From the sequence record MZ779063.1: 64,000 nucleotides of DNA; one strand, written 5' to 3'. A program made the position numbers and the translations under genes. The stretch comes from Staphylococcus phage vB_SauM-UFV_DC4. The number at the start of each line of letters is the position of its first letter. Position 1 is the first letter of the stretch. Shown piece by piece: positions 38,912 to 47,906 of the stretch. The notes beneath the pieces were generated by a model that saw nothing but the letters and a program-made list of their open reading frames with translations, was not told the DNA's origin and ran no database searches.

Positions 38912-40363
38912 ATGTTGGGTAAAAAATTATTAACTGTTTTTGGAGAGATCTATGATGAAGGATTATTCACATATCCTAACTTAGATTTAAATAAAAATTA
39001 TACAACTAAAGAATATATAGATATAAAATGTTATAAACATGGAATTTTCTCTAGAACTATAAATTCTCATAAAAAGAAAAGAAAATGCAGAAAATGTTCT
39101 AATGAAGAAAATAAATGGGATAACAATAAATATCTATCTGAATTATTTAAGAAAAATAAAGAATTTAAAGATTTATATAAATATGATAAGTTAAATTATC
39201 AAGGCTATCATAAAAAAATAAAAATATATTGCAATAAGCATGGATATTTTGAACAGATAGCAAATAACCATTTAAATGGAATGGGATGTAATGAATGCAG
39301 TATAGATAAACATAGAAATAAAAAATCAAATAAGAAAAAATATACTGTAGATGAATTATTAAATGATGAGAACTTGAATACTCAACAAAAATCAAATATT
39401 GTTAGATGTCATTTTAATAATAAAGATAAAAATGAGTACTATATAAAAAAATCTAAGATGGTTCATGGTAATAAATATATTTACGATAAGTTCAATTACA
39501 TTAATAAAAAGAATAAAGTAAAAATATATTGCCATAAGCATGGATATTTTGAACAAAGAATAGAAGAACATATTAATAAGAAAATGGGTTGTCCTTCTTG
39601 TGGAATGATTGTTTCTAAAAATGAAGAAATGTTAAATAATGATTTAAAGCATTTTAATTTCAATATTATTAGAAATGATAGAAAGATTTTAGATAAAAAA
39701 GAAATCGATATACTTATTCCAGAAGAGAAAATTGCAATAGAAATTAATGGTAATTATTGGCATTCAAATTTGGTTATGGATGAATTAAAAGCTAAAAGAC
39801 ATTTATATAAAAAATTTAAAATGTCTAAGGTTAAAGATTATCATTTAATAAATTTTTATGAAGATGACTTCATTTATAAATATAATTTAATTTTAAAAGA
39901 AATATTTTTACTAACAGATAAACTAAAATTATATAATTTTAAAAAAGATTATTTAAAGATTGAATCTTTAGATAATCAAAAATTTATAGATTTTTATAAT
40001 AATAATTCTTTATATAATATTAATAATAATTATAGATCAGCTTATGCTATAAAATATAAAGAATTTATAATAGGTGCATTTTCTTTAAATGAAGATAATG
40101 TATGTTATAATTATTGTATTAATTATAATAATAATGAAGATTTAAGTTTAATTAAAGAATTATTTCCTAATATAGTATTTAAAGTAAAGATTGACTCTTT
40201 TAATAGTTATAAATTTTTAAATAATGAATTACTAATTATAAATTATGAAAGTCCTAAATTTTATAATTTTCAATTAACTGGAAAAGACAGATTAAAAAGA
40301 AAAATTATAAATAATAGTGATAACAGAATATATGATTGTGGAAGTTATAGTTTTATATTTTAA
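38912..40363 (+). CDS. Putative homing-type endonuclease, paralog 2 of 3 (three KHG zinc-ribbon repeats plus a Vsr/DUF559-like core)
   Basis: CYKHGIFSRTINSHKKKRKCRKCS, CNKHGYFEQIANNHLNGMGCNECS, CHKHGYFEQRIEEHINKKMGCPSCG; nuclease core IAIEINGNYWHSNLVMDELKAKRHLYKK; C-terminus NRIYDCGSYSFIF. Confidence 0.6.
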   Translation: MLGKKLLTVFGEIYDEGLFTYPNLDLNKNYTTKEYIDIKCYKHGIFSRTINSHKKKRKCRKCSNEENKWDNNKYLSELFKKNKEFKDLYKYDKLNYQGYHKKIKIYCNKHGYFEQIANNHLNGMGCNECSIDKHRNKKSNKKKYTVDELLNDENLNTQQKSNIVRCHFNNKDKNEYYIKKSKMVHGNKYIYDKFNYINKKNKVKIYCHKHGYFEQRIEEHINKKMGCPSCGMIVSKNEEMLNNDLKHFNFNIIRNDRKILDKKEIDILIPEEKIAIEINGNYWHSNLVMDELKAKRHLYKKFKMSKVKDYHLINFYEDDFIYKYNLILKEIFLLTDKLKLYNFKKDYLKIESLDNQKFIDFYNNNSLYNINNNYRSAYAIKYKEFIIGAFSLNEDNVCYNYCINYNNNEDLSLIKELFPNIVFKVKIDSFNSYKFLNNELLIINYESPKFYNFQLTGKDRLKRKIINNSDNRIYDCGSYSFIF

Positions 40364-40364
40364 A

Positions 40365-40395
40365 TAGAAGGATAGTATCCTTCTATTTTTTTTTT
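40365..40395 (+). terminator. Hairpin AGAAGGATA-gt-ATCCTTCT followed by a T10 run
   Basis: Directly after the 38912..40363 stop. Confidence 0.6.
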
Positions 40396-40403
40396 ATTTA
40401 TTA

Positions 40404-40474
40404 TGTTCTTGTTGCTACTGGTTAAAGCATATCGAGTAAATCGGTATTTTGTGAGTTCGACTCTCACCAAGAAC
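40404..40474 (+). tRNA. tRNA-like element (71 nt cloverleaf, anticodon region ambiguous, possibly TAA)
   Basis: 7-bp acceptor stem GTTCTTG/CAAGAAC, D arm GCT-ACTGGTTAA-AGC, anticodon arm TATCG-AGTAAAT-CGGTA, 4-nt variable loop, canonical T arm GTGAG-TTCGACT-CTCAC, discriminator A; no encoded CCA. Confidence 0.45.
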
Positions 40475-40846
40475 ACGCCAATAGGATTAATCATCCTTAC
40501 ACTAAGGCTGCAGACTTAGTGTGAATAAAATACAGTATGAGCTATATGCCACTCTTATACTGTTAGATTCAACTAATGCTAAGGCATATCATTAGTTGTA
40601 AAAATTTAAAACTTATATCTAATTTACGTTTAGTTATTAGATTGTATTTTTGTTAAAGAGGACTTATTTTACTTAATTGTAATAAGTATCTGACTTTAAC
40701 TTAATTGGTTTTCTAGTTTTGACCCTAACAATAAAAAACTAGACTATTAAATATTTTATTTCTTTTTAGCTCACAACTTAAAAGAAAAAACTAGGTGGAT
40801 CATTTTATGCTTTTTTGATCGGCTAAAAACTAATAAAGCACCCTTA

Positions 40847-40880
40847 CCCTAACCTCATTAATTTGAAGGTTAGGGTTATT
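40847..40880 (+). terminator. Hairpin CCCTAACCTC-ATTAATTTG-AAGGTTAGGG followed by a T-rich run; member of the CCCTAACC family
   Basis: Ends the structured noncoding region 40380..40880, just before the promoter motif at 40897. Confidence 0.5.
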
Positions 40881-40896
40881 TTATACATAGTTTTAA

Positions 40897-40925
40897 ATAT
40901 ATATTATAAAAATGAGATATAATTG
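40897..40925 (+). promoter_or_regulatory. Promoter-like motif ATATATATTATAAAAATGAGATAT
   Basis: TATATTATA family copy upstream of ORF 40962. Confidence 0.4.
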
Positions 40926-40961
40926 TCTCAAATACTTTTATAATATGGAGATGAAAAAGAT

Positions 40962-42914
40962 ATGATAGGTTCAAAGATTAGAAAATCATTAAATGAAAAA
41001 TTTGGTTATCATTATAAGTTTTTATTAGAAGATTTTAAGAAAGATTATGATTTAAATAATGATACAATTATGGTAACTAAAGAAGCTAGTGACATCACAA
41101 AAGAATATAAAATAAAATCATTAAAGTATACTAAAGACATTGAAAAATTAGACAAAGACTTTAAGAAAGAGGAAGAAGAATTAAATATTAGAAAATCTAG
41201 AATTTTTAATTTAGATGAATTAGGTTTAGATGAAGACCTTAGAAACATCTGTAAGTATATAGACAGCACTACTAAATTAAAAGTAAAAGTTAGAGAGTAT
41301 AAAAAAGAAAGTAAAGAAAATATTGAATTCTTTTACAAAAATTTTGCTAATTTTACTTATAATAGTGTAATATATGATATGAGTCATTTTAAACCATCAA
41401 CAATTAGATCTAATCAGAAAGTTATATGTAGAAAACATGGACCTTTCTTTACTACTCCAGTAGATTTCTTTATAAAGAAAAAAGGTTGTCCAGTTTGTGA
41501 AAAAGAAACAGATGAAGAAAAGAAAGACACTAGTTGGAAGGATGAATTCATAGAAAATAATAATAAAAAAATATATCAAGAAGTAAAAGAAGAGAAAGAA
41601 AAAGAAAATAAAAAAGCTAAAAAAGAAAAGGTAGATATAAATAAGGAAAATAAAAAACTTTTAGATGAAGTCTTAAATCCACCTGAATTAGGATATTATA
41701 GAGAACCAGATAAAATACCTAATTCCAAAAAAGAAAATGAGAGATTCTTAAAGAATATTAAAGAAATAGATAATAATAAAGTTGAAGAATCTAAAGAAGT
41801 TGAAAAACCAAAGGAAATTGTTAAACCTAAATTAAATAAAAAGACAGTTGATCAAATAATAGCAGATAATAATACTAATCTGAGTAGAAAGATTAAATAT
41901 ATAAATAAAAATATTTATACAGAAAATGAAAGACAAGATTTCTATAAAAAATTAACTGACCGCAAACATGGTAAAAATAAATATAAAATTGATGAATTTA
42001 GACCTAAGACAATTAAAGAAAAACAAGAAGTAATTTGTCTTAAGCATGGACCTTTTAAAATAACAGCTGAAGAATTATTAATTAAAGGTAACCAGTGTCC
42101 TAAATGTTCTTCTAATAGAACTTCCATAACAGAAACTTTTGTAAGAGAATATATTCAGAGTTTAGATTTTGAAGTTAATAATTACGAGATAGAAGATTTA
42201 ATCAAACCTTATGGTGTTGATATAATTATCGAAAATTTAAAATTAGCTATTGAAGTTCAAGGTATCAAATATCATTCATCTGAAACAAGATCAGAAGCTT
42301 CAAATAAATACCATCAATTAAGAAAATTAAAAATGCTAGAAAATAAAGGTTATCATTTATTGAATATATATGATGATGAAATTCCTAATAAAAATAAAGG
42401 AATTGGTTGGGATAAATTTGGTAGATTTTTATCTGAATTAATGATGTTTGATAAAAGATTTGATATTGAAGAAATGGATACGAATTCAATAAAAATAGAT
42501 ACAATTAGTTATTACAAATTCAGAGAATTCTTTGAAAATTCTAGACAAGAATTTGTTACTGGAGATACAGAATATAAAGGAGTGGTTTATAAGAATAAAT
42601 TAATTTCAGTATTTTCTTATAATAAAGAAACAAGAGAATGTCATAACTACCATACTATGACAAATAATAAATTTGATTTAGAATTAATTTACAGAAAATA
42701 CAAAGATTTAAAATTTATAGTTAAAAGAGATTCTTATGTAGCGTATAAAATGAAAGGGCATGATATGTTACCGATAGCAGAAACAGAACCTGGTTTCTGT
42801 AACTTTTCAAAGATTGATGGAGATAGAAAAAATAACTATATAAGACAAAAAAGAAAGAATGAAAATGATAAAAACAAAGTTTATGACTGCGGAAATATAA
42901 TTTTTGTATTTTAA
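40962..42914 (+). CDS. Putative homing-type endonuclease, paralog 3 of 3 (two KHG zinc-ribbon repeats separated by a Lys/Glu-rich spacer, Vsr/DUF559-like core, conserved C-terminus)
   Basis: CRKHGPFFTTPVDFFIKKKGCPVCE, CLKHGPFKITAEELLIKGNQCPKCS; nuclease core LAIEVQGIKYHSSETRSEASNKYHQLRKLKMLENKGYHLLNIYDDEI; C-terminus NKVYDCGNIIFVF. Confidence 0.6.
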   Translation: MIGSKIRKSLNEKFGYHYKFLLEDFKKDYDLNNDTIMVTKEASDITKEYKIKSLKYTKDIEKLDKDFKKEEEELNIRKSRIFNLDELGLDEDLRNICKYIDSTTKLKVKVREYKKESKENIEFFYKNFANFTYNSVIYDMSHFKPSTIRSNQKVICRKHGPFFTTPVDFFIKKKGCPVCEKETDEEKKDTSWKDEFIENNNKKIYQEVKEEKEKENKKAKKEKVDINKENKKLLDEVLNPPELGYYREPDKIPNSKKENERFLKNIKEIDNNKVEESKEVEKPKEIVKPKLNKKTVDQIIADNNTNLSRKIKYINKNIYTENERQDFYKKLTDRKHGKNKYKIDEFRPKTIKEKQEVICLKHGPFKITAEELLIKGNQCPKCSSNRTSITETFVREYIQSLDFEVNNYEIEDLIKPYGVDIIIENLKLAIEVQGIKYHSSETRSEASNKYHQLRKLKMLENKGYHLLNIYDDEIPNKNKGIGWDKFGRFLSELMMFDKRFDIEEMDTNSIKIDTISYYKFREFFENSRQEFVTGDTEYKGVVYKNKLISVFSYNKETRECHNYHTMTNNKFDLELIYRKYKDLKFIVKRDSYVAYKMKGHDMLPIAETEPGFCNFSKIDGDRKNNYIRQKRKNENDKNKVYDCGNIIFVF

Positions 42915-42920
42915 ATAATA

Positions 42921-42960
42921 ACCCTAACCTTAAATTAATAAGGTTAGGGTATTTTATATT
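42921..42960. terminator. Bidirectional hairpin ACCCTAACCTT-AAATTAATA-AGGTTAGGGT with flanking T-run; CCCTAACC family
   Basis: Between convergent genes 40962..42914(+) and 42968..43651(-). Confidence 0.6.
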
Positions 42961-42967
42961 ATTTTTT

Positions 42968-43651
42968 TTATTGAATTATCTTATTTGGTTTAACTTCACT
43001 TTTCATTTTGATTTCAGTTTTAACTTTGTCAAGAACTTCTGATTCATATAAAGAAGGATCTTCCTCATATTTTTTAGTCATCTTCTTAACAGCTGCTAAT
43101 TTATTTTCCAATGGTGCTTCTAATTCTACTTGATTAAATAATCCTTCAAAATTACCGAAAACAAATTCTTCATTTAATGGAATAAACAGATCTCCATTGT
43201 GTGCTAATTCATGAGCAGTATAAGATAGAGGTACAATTCCTATATTACCTTCAAAATGCATTTTAATAACATCTTCTGCTACAGTAAAACTCTCATGAGA
43301 CTTTTTATACTCATAATTAGTTTTAAGTTTTTCTCTATAGCTAGATACTATATCATATAGAGACAATGGGTAGTGGTGCATTTCTATAGTTAATCGCTTA
43401 TCATCATTTATATCAACTTCTGGTATAAACTTACATTTAGTAAGATCCATTTCAGTTTTCAAAGCTTTAATAAATGATTTGTATTCATATGAGCTTCTAA
43501 CTATTTTTTCAATATATTTATTAAATGTCTCTTCAGACTTTATATCATCTTCATTATTATACATTTCAAATTTCTTTGTTTCATCTACATTTAATTCTAT
43601 TGTTTCGATTAATTTTGGAAGGTCTTTTTTATCTACTTTTGGCATTTGCAT
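42968..43651 (-). CDS. Hypothetical protein
   Basis: ORF; contains HHYPLS...HELAHNGD, a possible metal-binding motif (weak). Confidence 0.45.
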   Translation of the reverse strand: MQMPKVDKKDLPKLIETIELNVDETKKFEMYNNEDDIKSEETFNKYIEKIVRSSYEYKSFIKALKTEMDLTKCKFIPEVDINDDKRLTIEMHHYPLSLYDIVSSYREKLKTNYEYKKSHESFTVAEDVIKMHFEGNIGIVPLSYTAHELAHNGDLFIPLNEEFVFGNFEGLFNQVELEAPLENKLAAVKKMTKKYEEDPSLYESEVLDKVKTEIKMKSEVKPNKIIQ

Positions 43652-43750
43652 AGATTTAATACCTTCTTTCTAATTTTCTTTTATCTATATTAGTATAATT
43701 AAATGTTATGAATATTTTTTAGTCTTTATGCGTTTCATGTAAATTTTTAA

Positions 43751-43775
43751 ATATATATTATAAAAGTGAAGTACT
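43751..43775 (+). promoter_or_regulatory. Promoter-like motif ATATATATTATAAAAGTGAAGTAC
   Basis: TATATTATA family copy upstream of ORF 43826. Confidence 0.4.
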
Positions 43776-43825
43776 AATTAGCTAATAGTATTTCATAAAA
43801 ATTACACTAGGAGAGTGAATCGGAT

Positions 43826-45910
43826 ATGAGTAGAATAATACTAAAGAAAAACAACTTGTCAGAAGAAAATATCAGTTTAAAGGAGGTTAAACGTTGGTTT
43901 AAGAAAGAAATAGATTTTAATCAACCATCTAAAATGATAAATGATAAAAATTATGTAAATAATGTAAATAATCTTTTTGATGGTGTTATTAATATTATGA
44001 AAGAAAATAAAATAACAGATACAATGTTTAGATTTATTTCCAATGATAATAATGAAGATATTAGAAATATTTTTATTATTTATTCAATTGATAGTATTCC
44101 TTTTGTTACTAGAGTATATGGACCAAAAATGAATCTTAAAGATAAAAATAGTGATGTAAATGTAGATGCATTACTAAAATTTATTAAATCAAGTATCATT
44201 GACAATTTAATGATTTACAAATTTTATAAAACTACAGATTTTAGTTTCCATAAAAAACTAAGCAGTTTCGGTAATTATGAAAGAAATACATTATACGATT
44301 TAATTGCTGAAATTAATAAAGATGCTATTATTGCAGCATATAAAGAATTAAGTGTGGATAACTTAGGTAGTTACTTAATTTCATTAGACAATGAGGAGCT
44401 ACTAAATAAATCTTATGACGCAATTAATTATTTTGATTTACTAATGGATGCTAATATAAATGTTAGAAGTAAAGAAGGTAAATTGATTCAAAAGATTGAC
44501 AGAAATGATATATTTTCAAATAGAACATATTCTGAAGTGTTCACATTTAGTCAACGTTCAGATTATTATTTCGCTAGTAATCCATTATTCAATATTCCAA
44601 AAGTAAGTGATGTAAGGGATGATACTAGAGTAGATTTATTTATATGTACAAATGGAAAAGAACAAAAAATAAGAGATACAAGTGTCTTAACTAGAGAAAA
44701 TTTATATTTCAATCCATTTAGACAACGATTCTTGTCAGTTAGCTATGAACATCCTATTAGAGAGACATTGATATATGATTTATTCTTAAGTTTCTTTGGT
44801 ATAGAAAATATTGAAAATACTTTAAAGAGATTTACATTTGAACTTCTTCAAGGTGTTTATTCAGGAATATATTCTAAAGGGAATGTTAATGAAGTTACTT
44901 CAAAATCATATTTATTAAATTCAGAAAATAAACGTGGATATACTAAGAAGAAGAAAAATGAGTATCCATTAAAAATGAACATATCAGAAACGTTAAGCAC
45001 TAGTACTCATATAGTAGGATATACTTTATTCAATAACTTCTTATTTGAATATATACAGTCAAGTAATAAAACTATAAAACTTGATGATTTTAATGTTATA
45101 AAATTAATGAAATTCATTACTTTTGAAAATAATAACACTGATTTTAATGAAGATATTAAAAATGTCTTTACGTCAAGAAAAGATATATTTAATGGTAATA
45201 AACGTATTAATACATCTTCGCATAGATATACAAATCTAAAACTAGGTTTAGAATCTTCATTAAATACAATATTTAATGAGGATAAAAATTATATTGATGC
45301 ATTTACTAATCAATATCAAAATATAATTGAAGGAAAATATGCATTTTCTAAACCTGAAAAAGAAAGTATTATTGAAATCAATAATGAAGATGAATTAAAA
45401 GAAATGCAGGAAGAAATTAAATCAAAAGATTCTAATATAGAATATGTAGAAGAAACTAAAGAAGAAACTAAAAATGATAAAAAAGAGGAGAAATTAAATA
45501 TGTCATATCAAATTATTAAAGAAAATAAATTTACTAAAGATGTATCATTTAAATATGCAGGTTCTACACATAGAATTGATAAAATTCGCAAAGGTGATAT
45601 TGAATTAGAAATTGCTAAACGTAAATTATTCATTAATAAATTAATTAATGATAATACTAAATTTGCTTTCGTAGATAGCGTAGAGTTCTCGGATAGTCAT
45701 ACTATTAAAGTTACTAATATTGATGGTGAAGTTCAATTTGTTAGTGATTATGTTGATGTTCTTGAAGGAACAGATACTTTAGAAGACATTAGAATTAAAG
45801 TTACTAATAAAGATTTAGATAGTGATGAAAATTTAGTTAAATTAATTACTGGTGAAGAAACTGATATTAATTCTTTAGATGAAGAAATCTTAGATTCATT
45901 TATGGTTTAA
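43826..45910 (+). CDS. Large hypothetical protein
   Basis: 694-aa ORF, GGAGAG RBS; no recognisable motifs. Confidence 0.5.
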   Translation: MSRIILKKNNLSEENISLKEVKRWFKKEIDFNQPSKMINDKNYVNNVNNLFDGVINIMKENKITDTMFRFISNDNNEDIRNIFIIYSIDSIPFVTRVYGPKMNLKDKNSDVNVDALLKFIKSSIIDNLMIYKFYKTTDFSFHKKLSSFGNYERNTLYDLIAEINKDAIIAAYKELSVDNLGSYLISLDNEELLNKSYDAINYFDLLMDANINVRSKEGKLIQKIDRNDIFSNRTYSEVFTFSQRSDYYFASNPLFNIPKVSDVRDDTRVDLFICTNGKEQKIRDTSVLTRENLYFNPFRQRFLSVSYEHPIRETLIYDLFLSFFGIENIENTLKRFTFELLQGVYSGIYSKGNVNEVTSKSYLLNSENKRGYTKKKKNEYPLKMNISETLSTSTHIVGYTLFNNFLFEYIQSSNKTIKLDDFNVIKLMKFITFENNNTDFNEDIKNVFTSRKDIFNGNKRINTSSHRYTNLKLGLESSLNTIFNEDKNYIDAFTNQYQNIIEGKYAFSKPEKESIIEINNEDELKEMQEEIKSKDSNIEYVEETKEETKNDKKEEKLNMSYQIIKENKFTKDVSFKYAGSTHRIDKIRKGDIELEIAKRKLFINKLINDNTKFAFVDSVEFSDSHTIKVTNIDGEVQFVSDYVDVLEGTDTLEDIRIKVTNKDLDSDENLVKLITGEETDINSLDEEILDSFMV

Positions 45911-45954
45911 TAAAATTAACAAATGCTAAAAACTTTTTAATTATCTATTAAAAT

Positions 45955-45990
45955 GAAGAGAGTTTAAATACTCTCTTCTTTATTTTTTTT
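45955..45990 (+). terminator. Hairpin GAAGAGAGT-ttaaat-ACTCTCTTC followed by a T-run
   Basis: After the 43826..45910 stop. Confidence 0.6.
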
Positions 45991-46004
45991 TATAAATTTT
46001 AGGG

Positions 46005-46631
46005 ATGTGTATGAGATTGATAGACTTTAAAAAAATGCTTAAAGAGAATACTAGGAACATAGAAATTTATTGCGATGGAGCAATTAAAGGTGTTAGATCA
46101 AAAGGAACTAAATATGGAGGTATTGGTATTATTCCCGTACAAGAAGATCTATTTGATTATATATCTATACCTTACATAGGAAAAGATCTAACCAATAATA
46201 AATTAGAGATGTTGGCTGTACTATTTACTATATTATTCTCATTAGAGGTCTCTCAAGAGTATAAAGGTAAAACAAATATTAATATAAAGTCCGATAGTGA
46301 ATATACGGTTAATGGTTATAATAAAAATTTAGATAAATGGATAAATCAAGGTTGGAAAAACTATTCAGGTGCTGACGTTAAGAATAAAGAATTATGGCAG
46401 TTAATTGAAAGAGTTAAATATTATTTAAATAGAAACAGAAATAAGTATTATGTAAATTTACAATGGACTAAAGGACATGATAATGAAAAATATAACGAAT
46501 TAGCAGACGAATATGCTGTTAAAGCTAAAATGGAAGCATATGAAGACAATGACAGTGCTTTTTCTATAGAATATGCTATTGATAAAGCTAATAAATTTAT
46601 AACTAAATTAGAAAAGAAAGAGGTATTGTAA
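46005..46631 (+). CDS. rnh: Ribonuclease H (RNase HI family)
   Basis: Catalytic-motif layout IYCDGA (Asp), NNKLEMLAV (Glu), IKSDSEYTV (Asp), WTKGHDNEKYNELADEYA (His/Asp). Confidence 0.7.
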   Translation: MCMRLIDFKKMLKENTRNIEIYCDGAIKGVRSKGTKYGGIGIIPVQEDLFDYISIPYIGKDLTNNKLEMLAVLFTILFSLEVSQEYKGKTNINIKSDSEYTVNGYNKNLDKWINQGWKNYSGADVKNKELWQLIERVKYYLNRNRNKYYVNLQWTKGHDNEKYNELADEYAVKAKMEAYEDNDSAFSIEYAIDKANKFITKLEKKEVL

Positions 46632-47186
46632 ATGGCAACTAAAATAGATTTTAATAATGAAGACGATTATAATGATGTATTAAATATAAACGATTGGAAT
46701 AGACTATGTATGGACTTCTGTATTAGATCTGCTAGTATTAGTAAATGTGCTGCTAAACAAGTCAGCTCAATTGTAGCTGATAAAGATTCTATATTTTCTC
46801 TTGGAGTAAATGGTTCTTTTCCGGGTAAACTAAATTGTAATGAAATATTTAAAAAAGAAGATGGAATTTGGTATGTAAAAGATCTTAATGAAGAAACTAA
46901 TTTAATTGAATGGGTTAAATGCGAAGATCAAGAACAGCATCATAAATGGTCTTTATTAAATGAAGTTCATGCTGAAATAAATGCTTTATCTAAAATGAAT
47001 AAAAAAGGTATTTCTACTGAAGGACTAGACTTATATTGTACTCACTCACCATGTTATAATTGTGCTAAAAGTATAATTGCTGCTGGAATTAAAAATGTCT
47101 ATTTTAATGAATTATATGATGGTTATGAAGATGTTATGGAATTATTAGTTTCAAATAATGTTAACTTCATTAAAGTGGAGGTCTAG
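46632..47186 (+). CDS. dCMP (deoxycytidylate) deaminase / cytidine-deaminase-fold zinc enzyme
   Basis: Zinc-binding signature HAEINAL...(28 aa)...SPCYNCAKSIIAAGIKNVYF (H-A-E ... P-C-x-x-C). Confidence 0.7.
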   Translation: MATKIDFNNEDDYNDVLNINDWNRLCMDFCIRSASISKCAAKQVSSIVADKDSIFSLGVNGSFPGKLNCNEIFKKEDGIWYVKDLNEETNLIEWVKCEDQEQHHKWSLLNEVHAEINALSKMNKKGISTEGLDLYCTHSPCYNCAKSIIAAGIKNVYFNELYDGYEDVMELLVSNNVNFIKVEV

Positions 47187-47190
47187 AATT

Positions 47191-47373
47191 ATGTCTTGGT
47201 TACCTTTATCAATATTTATATTTATAGGAATATTACTTATTTTATCAACAAATGAAACAAAAAGAATGGTAAGAACTGAAAAATTGAAAGAAGAAAAAGA
47301 TTATTTAAAAAGACAAAGATTTAATAATTTAAGGACTAGTCAAAGAAAGCGAGGAAAAGTAGATGTTAGATAA
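47191..47373 (+). CDS. Small single-pass membrane protein (track ORF 47158..47373; likely true start ATG 47191 after GGAGG)
   Basis: MSWLPLSIFIFIGILLILST hydrophobic helix, then a basic tail. Confidence 0.4.
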   Translation: MSWLPLSIFIFIGILLILSTNETKRMVRTEKLKEEKDYLKRQRFNNLRTSQRKRGKVDVR

Positions 47374-47854
47374 TGTAATTATACTTAGTGCTTTATCTAT
47401 AGCATTCTTTTTAACTACTTTAACATTTATATTTCTAACAATTCATTTTAGAAAAGAATTAGTTAAAAATGTTAAAATGAATAAAAATTATAGAGATAAA
47501 ATAGCTATTTTAGAAAAGCAAACAACTGGAAAAGATGTATTAGATTCATTAAATTCTATGATCGATGAGTTTTTAAAACCTACTTATGATTTAACTATAG
47601 AAGAAACATACATGGATTTAAAATTAGACAATCCTCTAGTTTCAAATAGAAATATAACTATATCTGAACAAAGAAAAAATGTTATACTTGAAGATGTATT
47701 TGAGAAATTCATGAATTATTTATCTGATGATTTCAAAAATAAATTATCTTTAATATATAAAGAAGATGAAATAGAAAATATGGTACTAGATATAATGTAC
47801 TATAAATTAACTGTATATATAAAAGAACGTAACGAGTTACAAAAAAATTCTTAA
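47363..47854 (+). CDS. Membrane-anchored hypothetical protein
   Basis: N-terminal transmembrane helix IILSALSIAFFLTTLTFIFLTI. Confidence 0.45.
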   Translation: MLDNVIILSALSIAFFLTTLTFIFLTIHFRKELVKNVKMNKNYRDKIAILEKQTTGKDVLDSLNSMIDEFLKPTYDLTIEETYMDLKLDNPLVSNRNITISEQRKNVILEDVFEKFMNYLSDDFKNKLSLIYKEDEIENMVLDIMYYKLTVYIKERNELQKNS

Positions 47855-47860
47855 AAATAT

Positions 47861-47900
47861 CCCCTAACCTTATTAATTTAAGGTTAGGGGGTTTATATTA
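47861..47900. terminator. Bidirectional hairpin CCCCTAACCTT-ATTAATTT-AAGGTTAGGGG (identical to the copy at 18996) followed by a T-run
   Basis: Between convergent genes 47363..47854(+) and 47907..48674(-). Confidence 0.65.
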
Positions 47901-47906
47901 TTTTTT

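Noticed and set aside
43826-45910. Possibility that the 694-aa ORF is exon 2 or the continuation of beta-prime fragment 2
   Set aside because: No beta-prime post-trigger-loop motifs are recognisable. It has its own promoter-like motif and an ATG start.
47158-47854. Small TM proteins as holins
   Set aside because: They are about 24 kb from the lysin genes, on the opposite strand, in a nucleotide-metabolism block. There is no positional support.
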